From an uncultured Actinomycetes bacterium (GTDB taxonomy: Bacteria > Actinomycetota > Acidimicrobiia > Spongiisociales > DATADW01), in contig CAWGRK010000001.1 in NCBI GenBank assembly GCA_963824995.1, forward strand, positions 77,094 to 141,093: 64,000 bases of DNA. Direction: 5' to 3'. The notes beneath the pieces were generated by a model that was given only the letters and a program-made list of their open reading frames with translations, ran no database searches and had not been told where the DNA came from. Both the position numbers and the translations under genes were made by a program. Every line of letters starts with the position of its first letter. Position 1 is the stretch's first letter. Shown piece by piece: positions 51,727 to 62,853 of this stretch.

Positions 51727-53313
51727 TCACCCTCCGAAGGCGTTGCTCACCAGGGCGGCGACCGCTCCGTCGGTGGCCCCGAAGACCAGGTCGGGGAACA
51801 CGCCGATGGCGACGATGAGAATGATCAGCGGGACCCACGCCGCCAGCTCGTAGCGGTCGGCGTCGTGGAAGTTGTGGCCGAGCCACTCGGAGTTGGGCTC
51901 GCCCAGGTTGACCCGCTGCAGCATCCACAGCAGGTAGCCGGCGGTGAGCACCGTCCCGATGGCGCCGAAGACCATGGCGGTTCGGAAGACGGTGAGATTG
52001 AGACCGCCGAGCGGTTGGTATGAGCCGAGCAGCGACATGAACTCCCCCCAGAACCCGGCAAGCCCGGGGAGACCCAGCGATGCCATGGCGGTGAAGGCGA
52101 ATATCCCCCCGAGAAGCGGCATCAGCTTGAGGTTCCCACCGAGACGCGACATCTCCCGCGTGTGATAGCGGTGGCTCATCGACCCGGCCAGGAAGAAGAG
52201 CAGACCGGTGATCACGCCGTGGGCCACCATCCCGATCAGCGAGGCGTTGATCCCCTCCTCGGTGAGAGTGGCGATCCCGAGCATCACGAAGCCCATGTGC
52301 CCCACCGATGAGAAGGCGATGAGCCGTTTCATGTCGCTCTGGGCGAGACACGCCAGCGATCCGTAGATGATCCCGATCACCGCCAGGATGGCGATGGCGG
52401 GCGCCCACACCCGGGCCTGCTCGGGGAGGATGGGGAGCGAGATTCGGATGAAGCCGTACGAGCCGAGCTTCAGCAGGATCGCAGCCAACAGCACCGAGCC
52501 GACGGTCGGGGCGGCGGTATGGGCGTCGGGGAGCCAGGTGTGGAGCGGCCACATCGGGACCTTGACGGCGAACCCGAGGAAGAGGGCGGCGAAGATGAAC
52601 CAGGCAACGCTTCCGGTGAAGAGACCGCTCCGCTCGATCAACTCGGGGATCTGGAAGGTGGGAGCCGCGCCGCCGCCGTCGGAGTTGAAGTAGAGGGCGA
52701 GGAAGCCCAGCAGCATGAAGGCGGAGCCGAACAGCGTGAAGATGAAGAACTTGATGGCGGCGTAGAGCCTGGTCTCCATCTCTCGTTTGAACCCGGGGAT
52801 CTTTCGGATGGTGCGGTCACCCCACACCCCCACCATGAAGTACATCGGGAGCAGCACCAACTCGAAGAAGATGAAGAAGAGCACCAGGTCGAGGGCGACA
52901 AAGGTGCCGTTCATCCCGGTGAGCAGGACGAGCATCAGGGCGAGGAAGGCGCGGGGGTTGCGCGGCTCCTCCCAATGGTTCCAGGAGTAGATGACCGACA
53001 GCACGGTCACGAAACAGCTGAGGACCAGCAGCGGGAGGCTGATCCCGTCGATCCCGATGTGGTACCTGGCATCGATCGCCGGGATCCAGGACAGATCCAT
53101 CCCCAACTGGAACATGTGCGAGTCGCCGAAGTCGAACCGGGCGATGGCCACCACGGAGAGGACGAAGCAGACCACGGTGATCAACAGGGCGATGCCCTTT
53201 TGGGCGGTCTCCGCCGCCTTGGGGGTGACCAGCAGCAGGAGCACGCCCACCAGTGGTAGGAACACGATGAGGGAGAGCCCCCAGCCGCTGTCGAACCAAT
53301 CCATCGGAACCAC
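51727..53313 (-). CDS. nuoM: Complex I subunit M
   Basis: GIDGISL, FFELVLLPMY, KVPMWPLHTWLPDAHTAAP, LLKLGSYG, LIAFSSVGHMG. Confidence 0.97.
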   Translation of the reverse strand: MVPMDWFDSGWGLSLIVFLPLVGVLLLLVTPKAAETAQKGIALLITVVCFVLSVVAIARFDFGDSHMFQLGMDLSWIPAIDARYHIGIDGISLPLLVLSCFVTVLSVIYSWNHWEEPRNPRAFLALMLVLLTGMNGTFVALDLVLFFIFFELVLLPMYFMVGVWGDRTIRKIPGFKREMETRLYAAIKFFIFTLFGSAFMLLGFLALYFNSDGGGAAPTFQIPELIERSGLFTGSVAWFIFAALFLGFAVKVPMWPLHTWLPDAHTAAPTVGSVLLAAILLKLGSYGFIRISLPILPEQARVWAPAIAILAVIGIIYGSLACLAQSDMKRLIAFSSVGHMGFVMLGIATLTEEGINASLIGMVAHGVITGLLFFLAGSMSHRYHTREMSRLGGNLKLMPLLGGIFAFTAMASLGLPGLAGFWGEFMSLLGSYQPLGGLNLTVFRTAMVFGAIGTVLTAGYLLWMLQRVNLGEPNSEWLGHNFHDADRYELAAWVPLIILIVAIGVFPDLVFGATDGAVAALVSNAFGG

Positions 53314-53318
53314 CCCTC

Positions 53319-55342
53319 CTAACCGAAGACGAAGAACCCGAGAAACCCGAACACGACAAGCACCAACGCCCCGACCACGAATGCAGCCGCGTACTCCTGC
53401 ACCTTCCCGGTCTGGAGATGGCTGACCGCCCCACCGGCCTCATCGGTCGCGGTCGACAGACCGTTGTAGGCGAAGTCGATCCCCCGCTGGTCTATCCCCC
53501 CGTAGACGACGTGCCCCAGCCAGGCGGTGGCGAAACCGGCCCCGTTGACCACCGCATCGATCACGTTGTCGTTGATCCAGTTGACCGCCCTGGCCAGCGG
53601 CCCCTTGATCGGTTGCACGATCCCGTTCCAGTAGAGGTCGTCGATGTAGAGCCGGTGCTGGAGGAAGGGCCAGAGACCGGGCACCCGGAGCCGGTCCCTT
53701 GCCTCTTGGGTGGCGGCGTCGCGGCCGTAGATCGACCAGCCGATGAAGATCCCGAGCAGCGTCGCCACCAGACCGGCGACCAACGGCAGGACCTCGAACC
53801 CTTCGGGGTGGAACTCCTCGAATACGAACCTCGCGGTACCGAGCCACTCGGTGAGACCGGTGTAGACCCCGGGGATGTTCACCCACCCCGCCACCACGCT
53901 GAGCACGGCGAGAACGACCAACGGGATGGTCATCAGACGTTCGGACTCGTGGGGATGACCGTGACCCTTGTAGACGCCGAAGAAGGTGAGCGCCGTCGCC
54001 CGGGTCATGTAGAGGGCGGTGACGAAGGCCGCCCGCACCCCGATCCACATCACGGCCTCGTAGCCGGCATTGTCCAGCCGGGCCAGGATCTCGTCCTTGG
54101 AGAAGAACCCGGCGAAGGGAGGAAGGGCCACGAGGGCGAGCGCCCCGATGATCCAGGTCCAGAAGGTCACCGGCATCGGTTTTCGCAGGCCGCCCATGTC
54201 GGTCATGTTGTTGGAGTGGACGGCGTGGATCACCGACCCCGAGCAAAGGAACAACAGCGCCTTGAAGAAGGCGTGGGTCCACAGATGGAACAACCCGGCG
54301 GTGTAGGCCCCGGCCCCGAGCGCCACCATCATGTAGCCCAACTGGCTGACGGTCGAGTAGGCGAGTACCCGCTTTGATGTCGTTCTGCACCAGCGCCATC
54401 AGCCCGAGCAGGGCGGTGGCCGAGCCCGATGATCAGGACCCGTTGCGGTGCTGGCCGGCGAGCGACTCGAACAGCGGGAACATCCGCGCCACCAGATAGA
54501 CGCCGGCGGTGACCATGGTGGCGGCGTGCATCAGCGCCGAGACAGGTGTGGGCCCGGCCATGGCGTCGGGCAGCCAGACGTGGAGCGGGAACTGGGCGCT
54601 CTTTCCCATGGCCCCGAAGAAGAGGAGGATGGCACCGACGAAGGCGACACCGGTTATGGCGGCGGCGCCCTCGGCGGCGGCGGCGTTTATCTCCTCGATG
54701 CGGAAGCTTCCGAGGGCGGTCCCCAGGATGATCGTGCCGATGGTCAGCCCGATGTCGGCGACCCGGTTGGTGTAGAAGGCCTTCATGCCCGCCGAGGAGT
54801 TGGCCTTGTCCTCCCAGTAGTGGCCGATCAGCAGGTACGAGGCCACCCCGACGCCTTCCCACCCGACGATCAACTGGATGAGGTTGGGCGCCGAGACCAG
54901 CAGCAGCATCGACCCGGCGAAGAGGGTGAACGCCGCCCAGAAGAACGTGTACCTGATCTCGCCGCGCATGTAACCCGACGGCGAAGAGGAAGACGAGGAA
55001 ACCGACCACACCGACGACGAAGAACATCATGATCGACAAGCCCGTCGACCAGCCATCCCCACTCGAGCGAGAAGGCGACCCGACCTCGGCCACGGTGACG
55101 CTGCTCTCGAAGATGACGCCCTGGGTGATGTTCAGGTAGAGCAGGACGGCCCCGTAGAGCATGACGAACCCGAGCGCCCCGACCGCCAACTCGGCACCCT
55201 TGCCGGGTAGCCGCTTCCCCACCAGAACGATGAGAAGCGAGGCGACGAATGGGACGGCGACGATCAACCACGCCCACTCGAGCAACGGTCCCGAGGTCAG
55301 CACCTCGCGAGCAGCGTGCTCCGCCTCGGTGGCGAGGATCAC
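53319..55342 (-). CDS. nuoL: Complex I subunit L (frameshifted)
   Basis: GWEGVGVASYLLIG, NRVAD, GKSAQFPLHVWLPDAMAGPTPVSALMHAATMV, HAFFKALLFL, FFSKD. Confidence 0.95.
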
Positions 55343-55350
55343 GCCGGGAC

Positions 55351-55656
55351 CTACCACTTGAGCAGGTCCAGTTCGTCGATGTTGGCCGACTTCCGGTTGC
55401 GGAAGATCATGAGGACGATGGCGAGCCCGATGCCCACCTCGGCCGCCGCCACGGTGATCACGAAGATGCTGAACACCTGGCCAACCGCCAGCGCCGAACG
55501 CAGTGTCGCTTCGAAGGCGATCAGGTTGATGTTGACCGCGTTGAGCATCAGCTCGACCGCCAGCAGCACCATCACCGCGTTGCGCCGCACCAGCAACCCA
55601 TAGATCCCGAACGAGAAGAGCAGCGCCGCCAGCAGGATGAACTGAATGGTGGTCAT
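55351..55656 (-). CDS. nuoK: Complex I subunit K
   Basis: [21 protein letters not shown]...[10 protein letters not shown]. Confidence 0.96.
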   Translation of the reverse strand: MTTIQFILLAALLFSFGIYGLLVRRNAVMVLLAVELMLNAVNINLIAFEATLRSALAVGQVFSIFVITVAAAEVGIGLAIVLMIFRNRKSANIDELDLLKW

Positions 55657-56285
55657 ACCAGTCTCCGCTCCTCTTCTTCGAGGGGAGTGAGGTCGCGCCT
55701 GGCGACGGTTATCCCACCGATCAGGGCGGCGAGGAGGAGGAACGAGACCACTTCGAAGGGAATGACGAACCGACCCAGCAGGGCATCGCCCAACAGGTCG
55801 GTCGACACCACCTCTCCGGCGGCGGCGATGGTGGTGAGCTTGAAGGCGGACACCGTCGCCCACGCCAGGACGGCAAACAGCCCGGCGGAGACGAGCGCCG
55901 CCGGCGCCTTCCGCTTGTGGTCGAGCGCGATGTCGCTCCCCATCGGGGCGCGGGTGATCATGATCCCGAAGAGGAAGAGGACGATCACCGCTCCGATGTA
56001 GACCAGCACCAGCACCCAGGCGACGAACTCGGCGGAGAGCAACAGGAAGAGCCCGGCGGTCCCCGCCAGAGTTATGACCAGGTAGAGGGCGGCGTGGATC
56101 ACGTTCTTGGTGGTGACGACACGGAACCCGGCGTAGGCGACCGGCACCGCCAGAATCAGGAACGCCCAGTTGGCCGGCTCCGAGATCCAGTCGCCAACGG
56201 CGGACGAGCGGCAGCCTCCGTCCCCCGCAGGGACGCTGCGAGCAGCGGCAGGCTGGCAGTGCGCGGAGCGCAGAGAAAACGTCAC
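55653..56285 (-). CDS. nuoJ: Complex I subunit J (start uncertain, possible N-terminal extension)
   Basis: [44 protein letters not shown]. Confidence 0.93.
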   Translation of the reverse strand: MTFSLRSAHCQPAAARSVPAGDGGCRSSAVGDWISEPANWAFLILAVPVAYAGFRVVTTKNVIHAALYLVITLAGTAGLFLLLSAEFVAWVLVLVYIGAVIVLFLFGIMITRAPMGSDIALDHKRKAPAALVSAGLFAVLAWATVSAFKLTTIAAAGEVVSTDLLGDALLGRFVIPFEVVSFLLLAALIGGITVARRDLTPLEEEERRLV

Positions 56286-56747
56286 TTCTCGAGCTCCGGC
56301 GACGGCGGAACGGTGGTGAGCCAGTCCTGGAGCCTGCTCCATGTCGTGGAGCATCGCGCCCATCTGGTACTCGGAGTACTCGTACTCGGGACTCCAGAAG
56401 AGTGCGTCGAACGGGCAGACCTCTACGCAGATCCCGCAGTACATGCAGAGGGCGTAGTCGATGTCGAACCGGTCGAGCGTCGAGCGGACCCTGACCCGGC
56501 CGCCTGGCTTGTCCGGCTGCTTCTCCTCTTTGTGGCCCTCGATGTAGATGCACCAGTCGGGGCACGACCGGGCACAGAGCATGCAGACGGTGCAAGCCTC
56601 CTGGTCGAGGGCGATGACGCCCCGCGCCCGCGGGACCGGGGTCTCCTTGACCACCGGATAGTTGACCGTCACCGGTTTGGTGAAGAGGGTGCGCAAGGTC
56701 ACCCACATCCCCTTGGCGAGCCCGGAGCCCGGGACTTTGAGTGCCAT
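56282..56747 (-). CDS. nuoI: Complex I subunit I (2x[4Fe-4S])
   Basis: [12 protein letters not shown] and [12 protein letters not shown]. Confidence 0.95.
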
Positions 56748-57723
56748 CAGAACACGACCTTGAGCACTGCGGTGATGGCGATGTTGAGAAGGGCGATGGG
56801 GATGAGCACCTTCCAGGCCAGCGACTGGAGTTGATCCTCGCGCAGCCGGGGGAAGGTCCAGCGGAACCAGATGAAGACGAAGATGAGCACCGCCGCCTTG
56901 GCGCCCACCACCAGAGGCCCCGACCAGGTTGAGGTCGACGTCGAAGGGGACCCAGTAGCCGCCGAGGAAGAGGGTGCTGGCGATGACCGCCAAGGCGAAC
57001 ATGCTGGCGTACTCGGCGAGGAAGAAGAAGAGGAACCGGAACCCGGTGTACTCGGTGAGATAGCCCATCACCAACTCGGACTCGGCGACCGGCATGTCGA
57101 ACGGGATCCGGCTCAACTCGGCGAGCGAGGCCATCATGAAGATCACGAAGCCGACGATCTGCGGGATCACGAACGGCAACCCCGCCTCGCCCCTGGGCAT
57201 CGACGATCCCGACCAGCGACATGGTGCCCGCCTGGATGACGACGCCGACCACAGCCAGGACCAGCGGAAGCTCGTATGCGATGAGCTGCCCGGCGGCCCG
57301 CAGGCCCCCGATCAGCGAGTACTTGTTGGCGGACGACCAGCCCGCCATCAGCACCCCGATGGTCCCGAGCGACGAAACGGCGAGGGCGTAGAACACGCCG
57401 ACGTCGAGGTCCACCACCACCAGGTCGGGACCGAGCGGGATGATGGCAAAGAGGAGGACCGTCCCGATGAGGACGACGGCAGGCGCCCAGCGGAAGACCG
57501 TCTGGTCGGCCTCGCTCGGGATCACATCTTCCTTCTGGATGAACTTGACCCCATCGGCCAACAACTGCGCCCAGCCCCATCTCCCACCGGCGAAGTAGGG
57601 CCCGATCCGGCTCTGCATGTGGGCCGAGATCTTGAGCTCGGCGTACCCGAACACCAGGGCCGAGGTCGGAATGATCATCGCGGCCGCGAGCAGCTTGATG
57701 GCCAGCTCCAGGGGGAAAGGCAT
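56747..57723 (-). CDS. nuoH: Complex I subunit H (frameshifted)
   Basis: [57 protein letters not shown]. Confidence 0.95.
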
Positions 57724-57746
57724 CAGGTCGCCTCCGGCGCCGATAG

Positions 57747-57820
57747 GACGGCGGACGGAGACGGCAGACGGCAGAAACGGGCGGTCCGACTTCCGACTTC
57801 CGACTTCCGCCTTCCGACTT
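57747..57820. repeat. Heptamer arrays about (GACGGCR)4 and (CCGACTT)5 in the nuoD-nuoH spacer
   Basis: GACGGCG GACGGA GACGGCA GACGGCA ... CCGACTT x3 CCGCCTT CCGACTT abutting the nuoD stop. Confidence 0.9.
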
Positions 57821-57821
57821 C

Positions 57822-59016
57822 TCATCTGTCCACGTCCCCGAGGACGAAGTCGAGGCTGCCGAGGATGGCGATGATGTCGGGGACCAGGGCACCCTCCATC
57901 AGCCAGGGGATGATCGATAGGTTGGAGAACGATGCCGAGCGGATCTTGAGCCGGTAGGGACCGAGCCCACCAAGCGAGACCAGGTGGTAGCCCATCTCCC
58001 CCTTGGGGTTCTCGGCGTGGACGTACGCCTGCCCGGCCGGCACCTTGATTATCCGCGGCACCTTCGCCTGGAGCGGACCGGAGGGAATACCGTCGATCGC
58101 CTGCAGGATGATCCTGGCCGACTGGCGGATCTCCTCCAGCCGAACCCACCATCGATCCCAGCAGTCACCGTTCGAGCCGATCGGGATCTCGAAGTCGAAG
58201 CGGTCGTATGGGAGATAGTCCTGGTTCTTGCGGAGGTCGAAGCGGACACCGGAGGCCCTCATGTTGGGCCCGGAGACACCGAACGATGCCGCTATGTCCG
58301 GCGGGATCACGCCCACGTTCTTGGTCCGGGCGAGGAAGATCTCGTTCCCGGCCACCAGCGACTCGAGCTCCTCGCAGCTGCCGAGCACCTTTTCGATGGC
58401 CTGACGCGTCTCGTCGAAGAAGCCCTTGGGCAGGTCGGGGATGTCCTTCTTGGTGGTCGGCCCTGCCCCATATGCCGGCTTGACTCCTCCGATCCGGTTG
58501 AAGTTGGGGTGGAAGCGCCCGCCGGTCACCGACTCGATCAGGTCGAGGATCCGCTCCCGGTCTCGAAGGGCGAAGAAGAGCGGGGTGGCGGCACCCAACT
58601 CGAGCGGGTAGCTGGCCATGAAAACGAGGTGGGAGGAGATGCGCGCCATCTCGGTGAGGATGAGACGGATGTACTGGGCGCGCTCTGGCACCTCGAGGCC
58701 CATGAGCTTCTCGGCGGCGACGATGAAGGGCACCTCGTTGGCGTAACCCGACACCCAGTCGATACGGTTGATGAGCGCCGTGATCTGGGGGTAGGTCCGG
58801 ACCTCGGACAGCTTCTCGTAGCCGCGGTGCATGTAACCGATCGACCGGATCGATATCGCGCACCCGCTCCCCGTCGACCTTGGCGATCAATCTGAGCACG
58901 CCGTGCGTCGATGGGTGCTGCGGTCCGATGTTCAGGGTCATGTCCGGCGTCTCCAGCTCCACCGAGACGGCGACCTCGGAGAGGTGGTGGGCGACGTCTT
59001 GATCGATGATCGTCAT
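57822..59016 (-). CDS. nuoD: Complex I subunit D (indel near 58845)
   Basis: [37 protein letters not shown]. Confidence 0.96.
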
Positions 59017-59038
59017 CGGACTCGGGGAGCGGCGGAGT

Positions 59039-59665
59039 TCATGCTTCCGGGTTCTCCTCGCTGGGGGCGCTGGGCGCAGCCTCGGCGGGGGCTTTTGGCA
59101 TGCCCTCGACGTCGACCTTGCCCGGCCAGGGCTTCACCTCGCGGGTGAGCAGGGGGAACGACTTGCGGAGAGGGTTGCCCTCGAATTGATCGGGAAGGTA
59201 GAGCTTTGCCTGGTTGGGATGGCCTCGGAAGTCGATGCCGAACATCTCGTGGGCTTCGCGCTCGTGCCAGTTCGCCCCGGCGAAGACGCCGACCAGGGTG
59301 TCGATCTCCGGCCGGTCGGATGGGAGGTCGGTACTGATTATCAGAAGGTGACCCCGGACGAGGTCGGAGACGGCACAGAGCATCTCGATGCGCTCCTCCA
59401 CCTCCTCGGCGGGCGGGTCCCCAACCTCGACCTCGTTGGCCCAGTCGATCGCCGACAGCCAGGAGAGATAAACGAGACCGTGGTCGCGGGCCGTTGTGAC
59501 CGCCTCCACCCACCGCTCGGGTGGCACCCGTAGGCGCGCCGAGCCGTGGTCCACCCCCGACTCGACATCGCCTCCGAGCGCTCCCGCCACCGCCTCGGCC
59601 AACTCCTGCAACGGGTCGGCAGCGCCCTCTGCGGTGGTTTCGGTGTCAGACGGGCTCGTAGTCAC
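59039..59665 (-). CDS. nuoC: Complex I subunit C
   Basis: [21 protein letters not shown]...PLRKSFPL. Confidence 0.95.
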   Translation of the reverse strand: MTTSPSDTETTAEGAADPLQELAEAVAGALGGDVESGVDHGSARLRVPPERWVEAVTTARDHGLVYLSWLSAIDWANEVEVGDPPAEEVEERIEMLCAVSDLVRGHLLIISTDLPSDRPEIDTLVGVFAGANWHEREAHEMFGIDFRGHPNQAKLYLPDQFEGNPLRKSFPLLTREVKPWPGKVDVEGMPKAPAEAAPSAPSEENPEA

Positions 59666-60143
59666 GCTCGCTCCACTTCTGGCGCATGTCCTCGTTCTGG
59701 ATCATCTGCTGGAGTAGAACGATGCCCTCCATCAGCGCCTCTGGCCGGGGCGGGCATCCAGGGACGTAGACGTCCACCGGGATCACCTGGTCCACGCCTT
59801 TGGTGACCGAGTAGGAGTCCCAGTAAGGCCCACCGCAGTTGGAGCACGAGCCCATGGAGATGACGTACTTGGGGTCGGGCATCTGGTCGTAGAGCCGTCT
59901 GATGGCGGGCGCCATCTTGTCGGTGACCGTGCCCGCCACCACCATCAGGTCTGCCTGGCGGGGCGAGGCGGGGAGCGGGATGATGCCGAACCGCATGAAG
60001 TCGTAGCGCGGGCCCGAGGCGGCCATCAGCTCGATGGCGCAGCAGGCGAGCCCGAATTGGAAGAACCACAGCGAGTACTTCCGGCCCCAATTGAGCAGCC
60101 ACGAAACCGGTTTGGGGACGCCGAAGCGCTCGATCACTCCCAC
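59646..60143 (-). CDS. nuoB: Complex I subunit B
   Basis: [38 protein letters not shown]. Confidence 0.97.
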   Translation of the reverse strand: MGVIERFGVPKPVSWLLNWGRKYSLWFFQFGLACCAIELMAASGPRYDFMRFGIIPLPASPRQADLMVVAGTVTDKMAPAIRRLYDQMPDPKYVISMGSCSNCGGPYWDSYSVTKGVDQVIPVDVYVPGCPPRPEALMEGIVLLQQMIQNEDMRQKWSERDYEPV

Positions 60144-60499
60144 CGCAATACCCCTTTCCGGATCGCATAAGCCAACCCGAGGATGAGGATGGCCAAGAAG
60201 ACCAGCATCTCGACCAGCCCGAACATCCCAAGCTCCTCGAGACGGACCGCCCAGGGGAAGATGAACACCGCCTCGACGTCGAAGATGACGAAGAGCAGCC
60301 CGAAGATGTAATAGCGGACGTAGGTCTGGCTCCAGCCAGATCCGACCGGGTCGATGCCGCACTCATAAGTGGTCAGCTTGTTGACCGTCGGATTCGAGGG
60401 GCGTACCAGGGACGAGACGCCGAGTATCGCCACCACGAGGACGAGCCCCAATGCGGCGAAGGCGGCAACAGTCAGGTATTGCTCGAAGTAGGGGCTCAC
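60134..60499 (-). CDS. nuoA: Complex I subunit A
   Basis: [38 protein letters not shown]. Confidence 0.96.
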   Translation of the reverse strand: MSPYFEQYLTVAAFAALGLVLVVAILGVSSLVRPSNPTVNKLTTYECGIDPVGSGWSQTYVRYYIFGLLFVIFDVEAVFIFPWAVRLEELGMFGLVEMLVFLAILILGLAYAIRKGVLRWE

Positions 60500-60616
60500 C
60501 GCGGTTTGTTTCCTACAGCTCGGCTTCCTACGCCTGGCATCCGCCGGCGAGTATAGGGAGCGGGTCTCTCCCGGCCGGAAAGCTACCGAGACCTGCCGGG
60601 CCTACCCTGACAACCC

Positions 60617-61714
60617 GTGACAAGCCGGCTGCCCTCGTACGACGGTCGCGGCCTGCTCAACCTGGCGGCCGAGCTCGAACTGAGGCTGACCGGGCGGTCC
60701 CCTGCACCTGGGCTGGACGACGGCTTGGCGGCCGCGGTCCCGGAGGCGGCGAGCTATGTGCTGTTGGTGGTCGATGGCCTTGGCGACCGCCAACTCGGCC
60801 ACCCCGCTGCGACGCCGCTGGCGGCAGCCCGGCGGGGGGTGATCGACGCCCCTTTCCCCACCACCACCACCGTGAGCCTCACTTGCCTGGTCACGGCGAT
60901 GGCACCCTCGGCCCACGGCATCATCGGGCATCTCGTCTGGCTCCCCGAGTTGGGCTCGGTGGTCAACACGCTCCGCTGGGTGACCATCGAGGGGCGTCCC
61001 CTGGATTACGACACGGCGGCGATGCTCCCCGCGCCCAACCTGTGGGAACGGTTACGCGAAGCGGGCCGGGAACCGGTGACCGTCCAGCCCGGGAACTTCC
61101 TCGGCTCGCCGCTGAGCCGGATGCTCTACCGGGGATGCCGCTTCGAGCCGGTGTGGGACATGGTCGAATTGGTGGAGGCCACACTTCAGATCGCAGCGGT
61201 CCCCGGCAGGTTGGTGATGACCTATCTCCCCCACCTGGACGTCGCCGCCCACGTGACCGGCCAGCGCTCCGCCGAGTACGACGCCGCCATGGGTCTCGCT
61301 GGCCAGATCTGGCAACAACTCGCCGAGAGGTTGCCCGTGGATGTCGCCCTGATCGGAACCGCCGATCATGGCCACATCGACTATCCCGAGCACGCCAAGC
61401 GACTGCTGCGCGGTCCCGACATCGAGGGACTGCGCTTCTGGGGAGACCCCCGCGGGCTGCTCACCAGCGGATCTCCGACCGCGCTGGAGCGGCTGAGCAG
61501 GTCGCTGCAGAGCGAACCAGTCGGGACCGATCAACTGATCGACCTGTGGGGTCCGGGACCGCCGCACCCGAACCTCGCCGAACGCACTCCCGATGCGCTC
61601 TTCCTGGCCCCCGATGGGGCGGTGCTGCTCCCTCCCGGGTTCGACAAGCGCCTGACGGGTTATCACGGCGGATTGGACCCCGAAGAGATCGAGGTGCCGT
61701 TGCTGGTCCGCTGA
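60617..61714 (+). CDS. Alkaline phosphatase superfamily (nucleotide pyrophosphatase/phosphodiesterase)
   Basis: LLVVDGLG, FPTTT, HGIIG, YLPHLDVAAH, TADHG, GYHGG. Confidence 0.88.
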   Translation: MTSRLPSYDGRGLLNLAAELELRLTGRSPAPGLDDGLAAAVPEAASYVLLVVDGLGDRQLGHPAATPLAAARRGVIDAPFPTTTTVSLTCLVTAMAPSAHGIIGHLVWLPELGSVVNTLRWVTIEGRPLDYDTAAMLPAPNLWERLREAGREPVTVQPGNFLGSPLSRMLYRGCRFEPVWDMVELVEATLQIAAVPGRLVMTYLPHLDVAAHVTGQRSAEYDAAMGLAGQIWQQLAERLPVDVALIGTADHGHIDYPEHAKRLLRGPDIEGLRFWGDPRGLLTSGSPTALERLSRSLQSEPVGTDQLIDLWGPGPPHPNLAERTPDALFLAPDGAVLLPPGFDKRLTGYHGGLDPEEIEVPLLVR

Positions 61715-61788
61715 CGAAGTGGCGCGTCATTCGCATTGCGAGGACGTTTTCGATCCCGAGCCTTTTGCACTACGACCATGGTGTTTAG

Positions 61789-61807
61789 TACCGTCAGGCT
61801 TGCCTAA
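61789..61807. promoter_or_regulatory. Putative DtxR/IdeR box
   Basis: TACCGTCAGGCTTGCCTAA, about 15/19 match to TWAGGTWAGSCTWACCTWA, upstream of the iron ABC SBP. Confidence 0.6.
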
Positions 61808-61848
61808 CAGCCTCCCCGTTAGGGCCGATCTGATTCTCGGGAGATGCC

Positions 61849-62853
61849 TTGATGAGAGTGAGGGCGATCCTCTTTGTGCTCGCCGCGGCCTGTCTCCTCG
61901 TCGCTTGTGGCTCGGGTTCGGCGGACGGGCCGTTGTTGTTGTATTCGGGTCGGACCGAGGACCTCGTGAGCCCGCTGGTGGAACGGTTCACCGAGGAAAC
62001 CGGCATCGAAGTGGATGTCCGGTACGGGGAGAGCCCCGAGTTGGCCGCCACGATCCTCACCGAGGGCGAGCGCTCGCCGGCTGATGTGTTCCTGGCGCAG
62101 GACCCGGGATCGCTGGGTCTCGTCTCGTTCGAAGGCCTGTTCCAGCCGCTGCCCGAGGAGCTACTCGGCCGGGTGGACCGCCGGTTCGCCGATGCCGATG
62201 GCAATTGGATACCCGTCTCCGGCAGAAGCCGCGTCGTGGTCTACAACGGCGAAGAGGTCGGAGACGAGGACCTGCCCCGGAGCCTCGACGAGGTTGTGGA
62301 CCCGCGCTGGGCGGGCAACGTCGGTGTGGCACCGACCAACGGGTCGTTCCTGTCGTTCGTCGCCGCCATGATCCTCTCCGAGGGCGAGGATGCGACCGCC
62401 GCCTGGCTCGACAAACTGGCCGCCAACGACCCCGTGACCTACCCGGACAACAACTCGATCGTCGCCGCGGTGGAGAGCGGGGAGATCGCGCTCGGCCTGG
62501 TCAACCACTATTACCTGTTGCGCCTCGACGCCGAACAGGGCGGCACCGTGGCCAGGAACGAGTTCCTCGACGACGGCACCGCCGGGTCGCTGGTCATGCC
62601 CGCCGGCGCCGGGGTGCTCGCCAGCTCCGACCGATCCACCGAGGCCACACAGTTGGTCGAGTTCCTCCTCTCCGAGGAGGCGCAGAGCTACTTCGCCGAC
62701 GAGACCTATGAGTACCCGATGATCGAAGAGGTCGAGGCGGACCCCGCTCTGCCCGATCTGGATGAGCTGCACCCCCCAGACGTCGGCATGTCCGAGTTGG
62801 CGACCATGCTCGACAGAGCGGCCGAGTTGGTGACCGAGTCGGGGCTGGTGTGA
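61849..62853 (+). CDS. Fe3+ ABC transporter substrate-binding lipoprotein (FbpA/FutA-like)
   Basis: Lipobox LVAC; LYSGR, EGERSPADVF, GRSRVVVYN, LVNHYY, TYEYP. Confidence 0.9.
   Translation: MMRVRAILFVLAAACLLVACGSGSADGPLLLYSGRTEDLVSPLVERFTEETGIEVDVRYGESPELAATILTEGERSPADVFLAQDPGSLGLVSFEGLFQPLPEELLGRVDRRFADADGNWIPVSGRSRVVVYNGEEVGDEDLPRSLDEVVDPRWAGNVGVAPTNGSFLSFVAAMILSEGEDATAAWLDKLAANDPVTYPDNNSIVAAVESGEIALGLVNHYYLLRLDAEQGGTVARNEFLDDGTAGSLVMPAGAGVLASSDRSTEATQLVEFLLSEEAQSYFADETYEYPMIEEVEADPALPDLDELHPPDVGMSELATMLDRAAELVTESGLV

Noticed and set aside
55351..58152. Apparent NuoH-NuoK (933 aa) and NuoH-I-J (515 aa) fusions
   Set aside because: These are chimeric ORFs created by indels; normal overlapping stop/start signals exist for each subunit.
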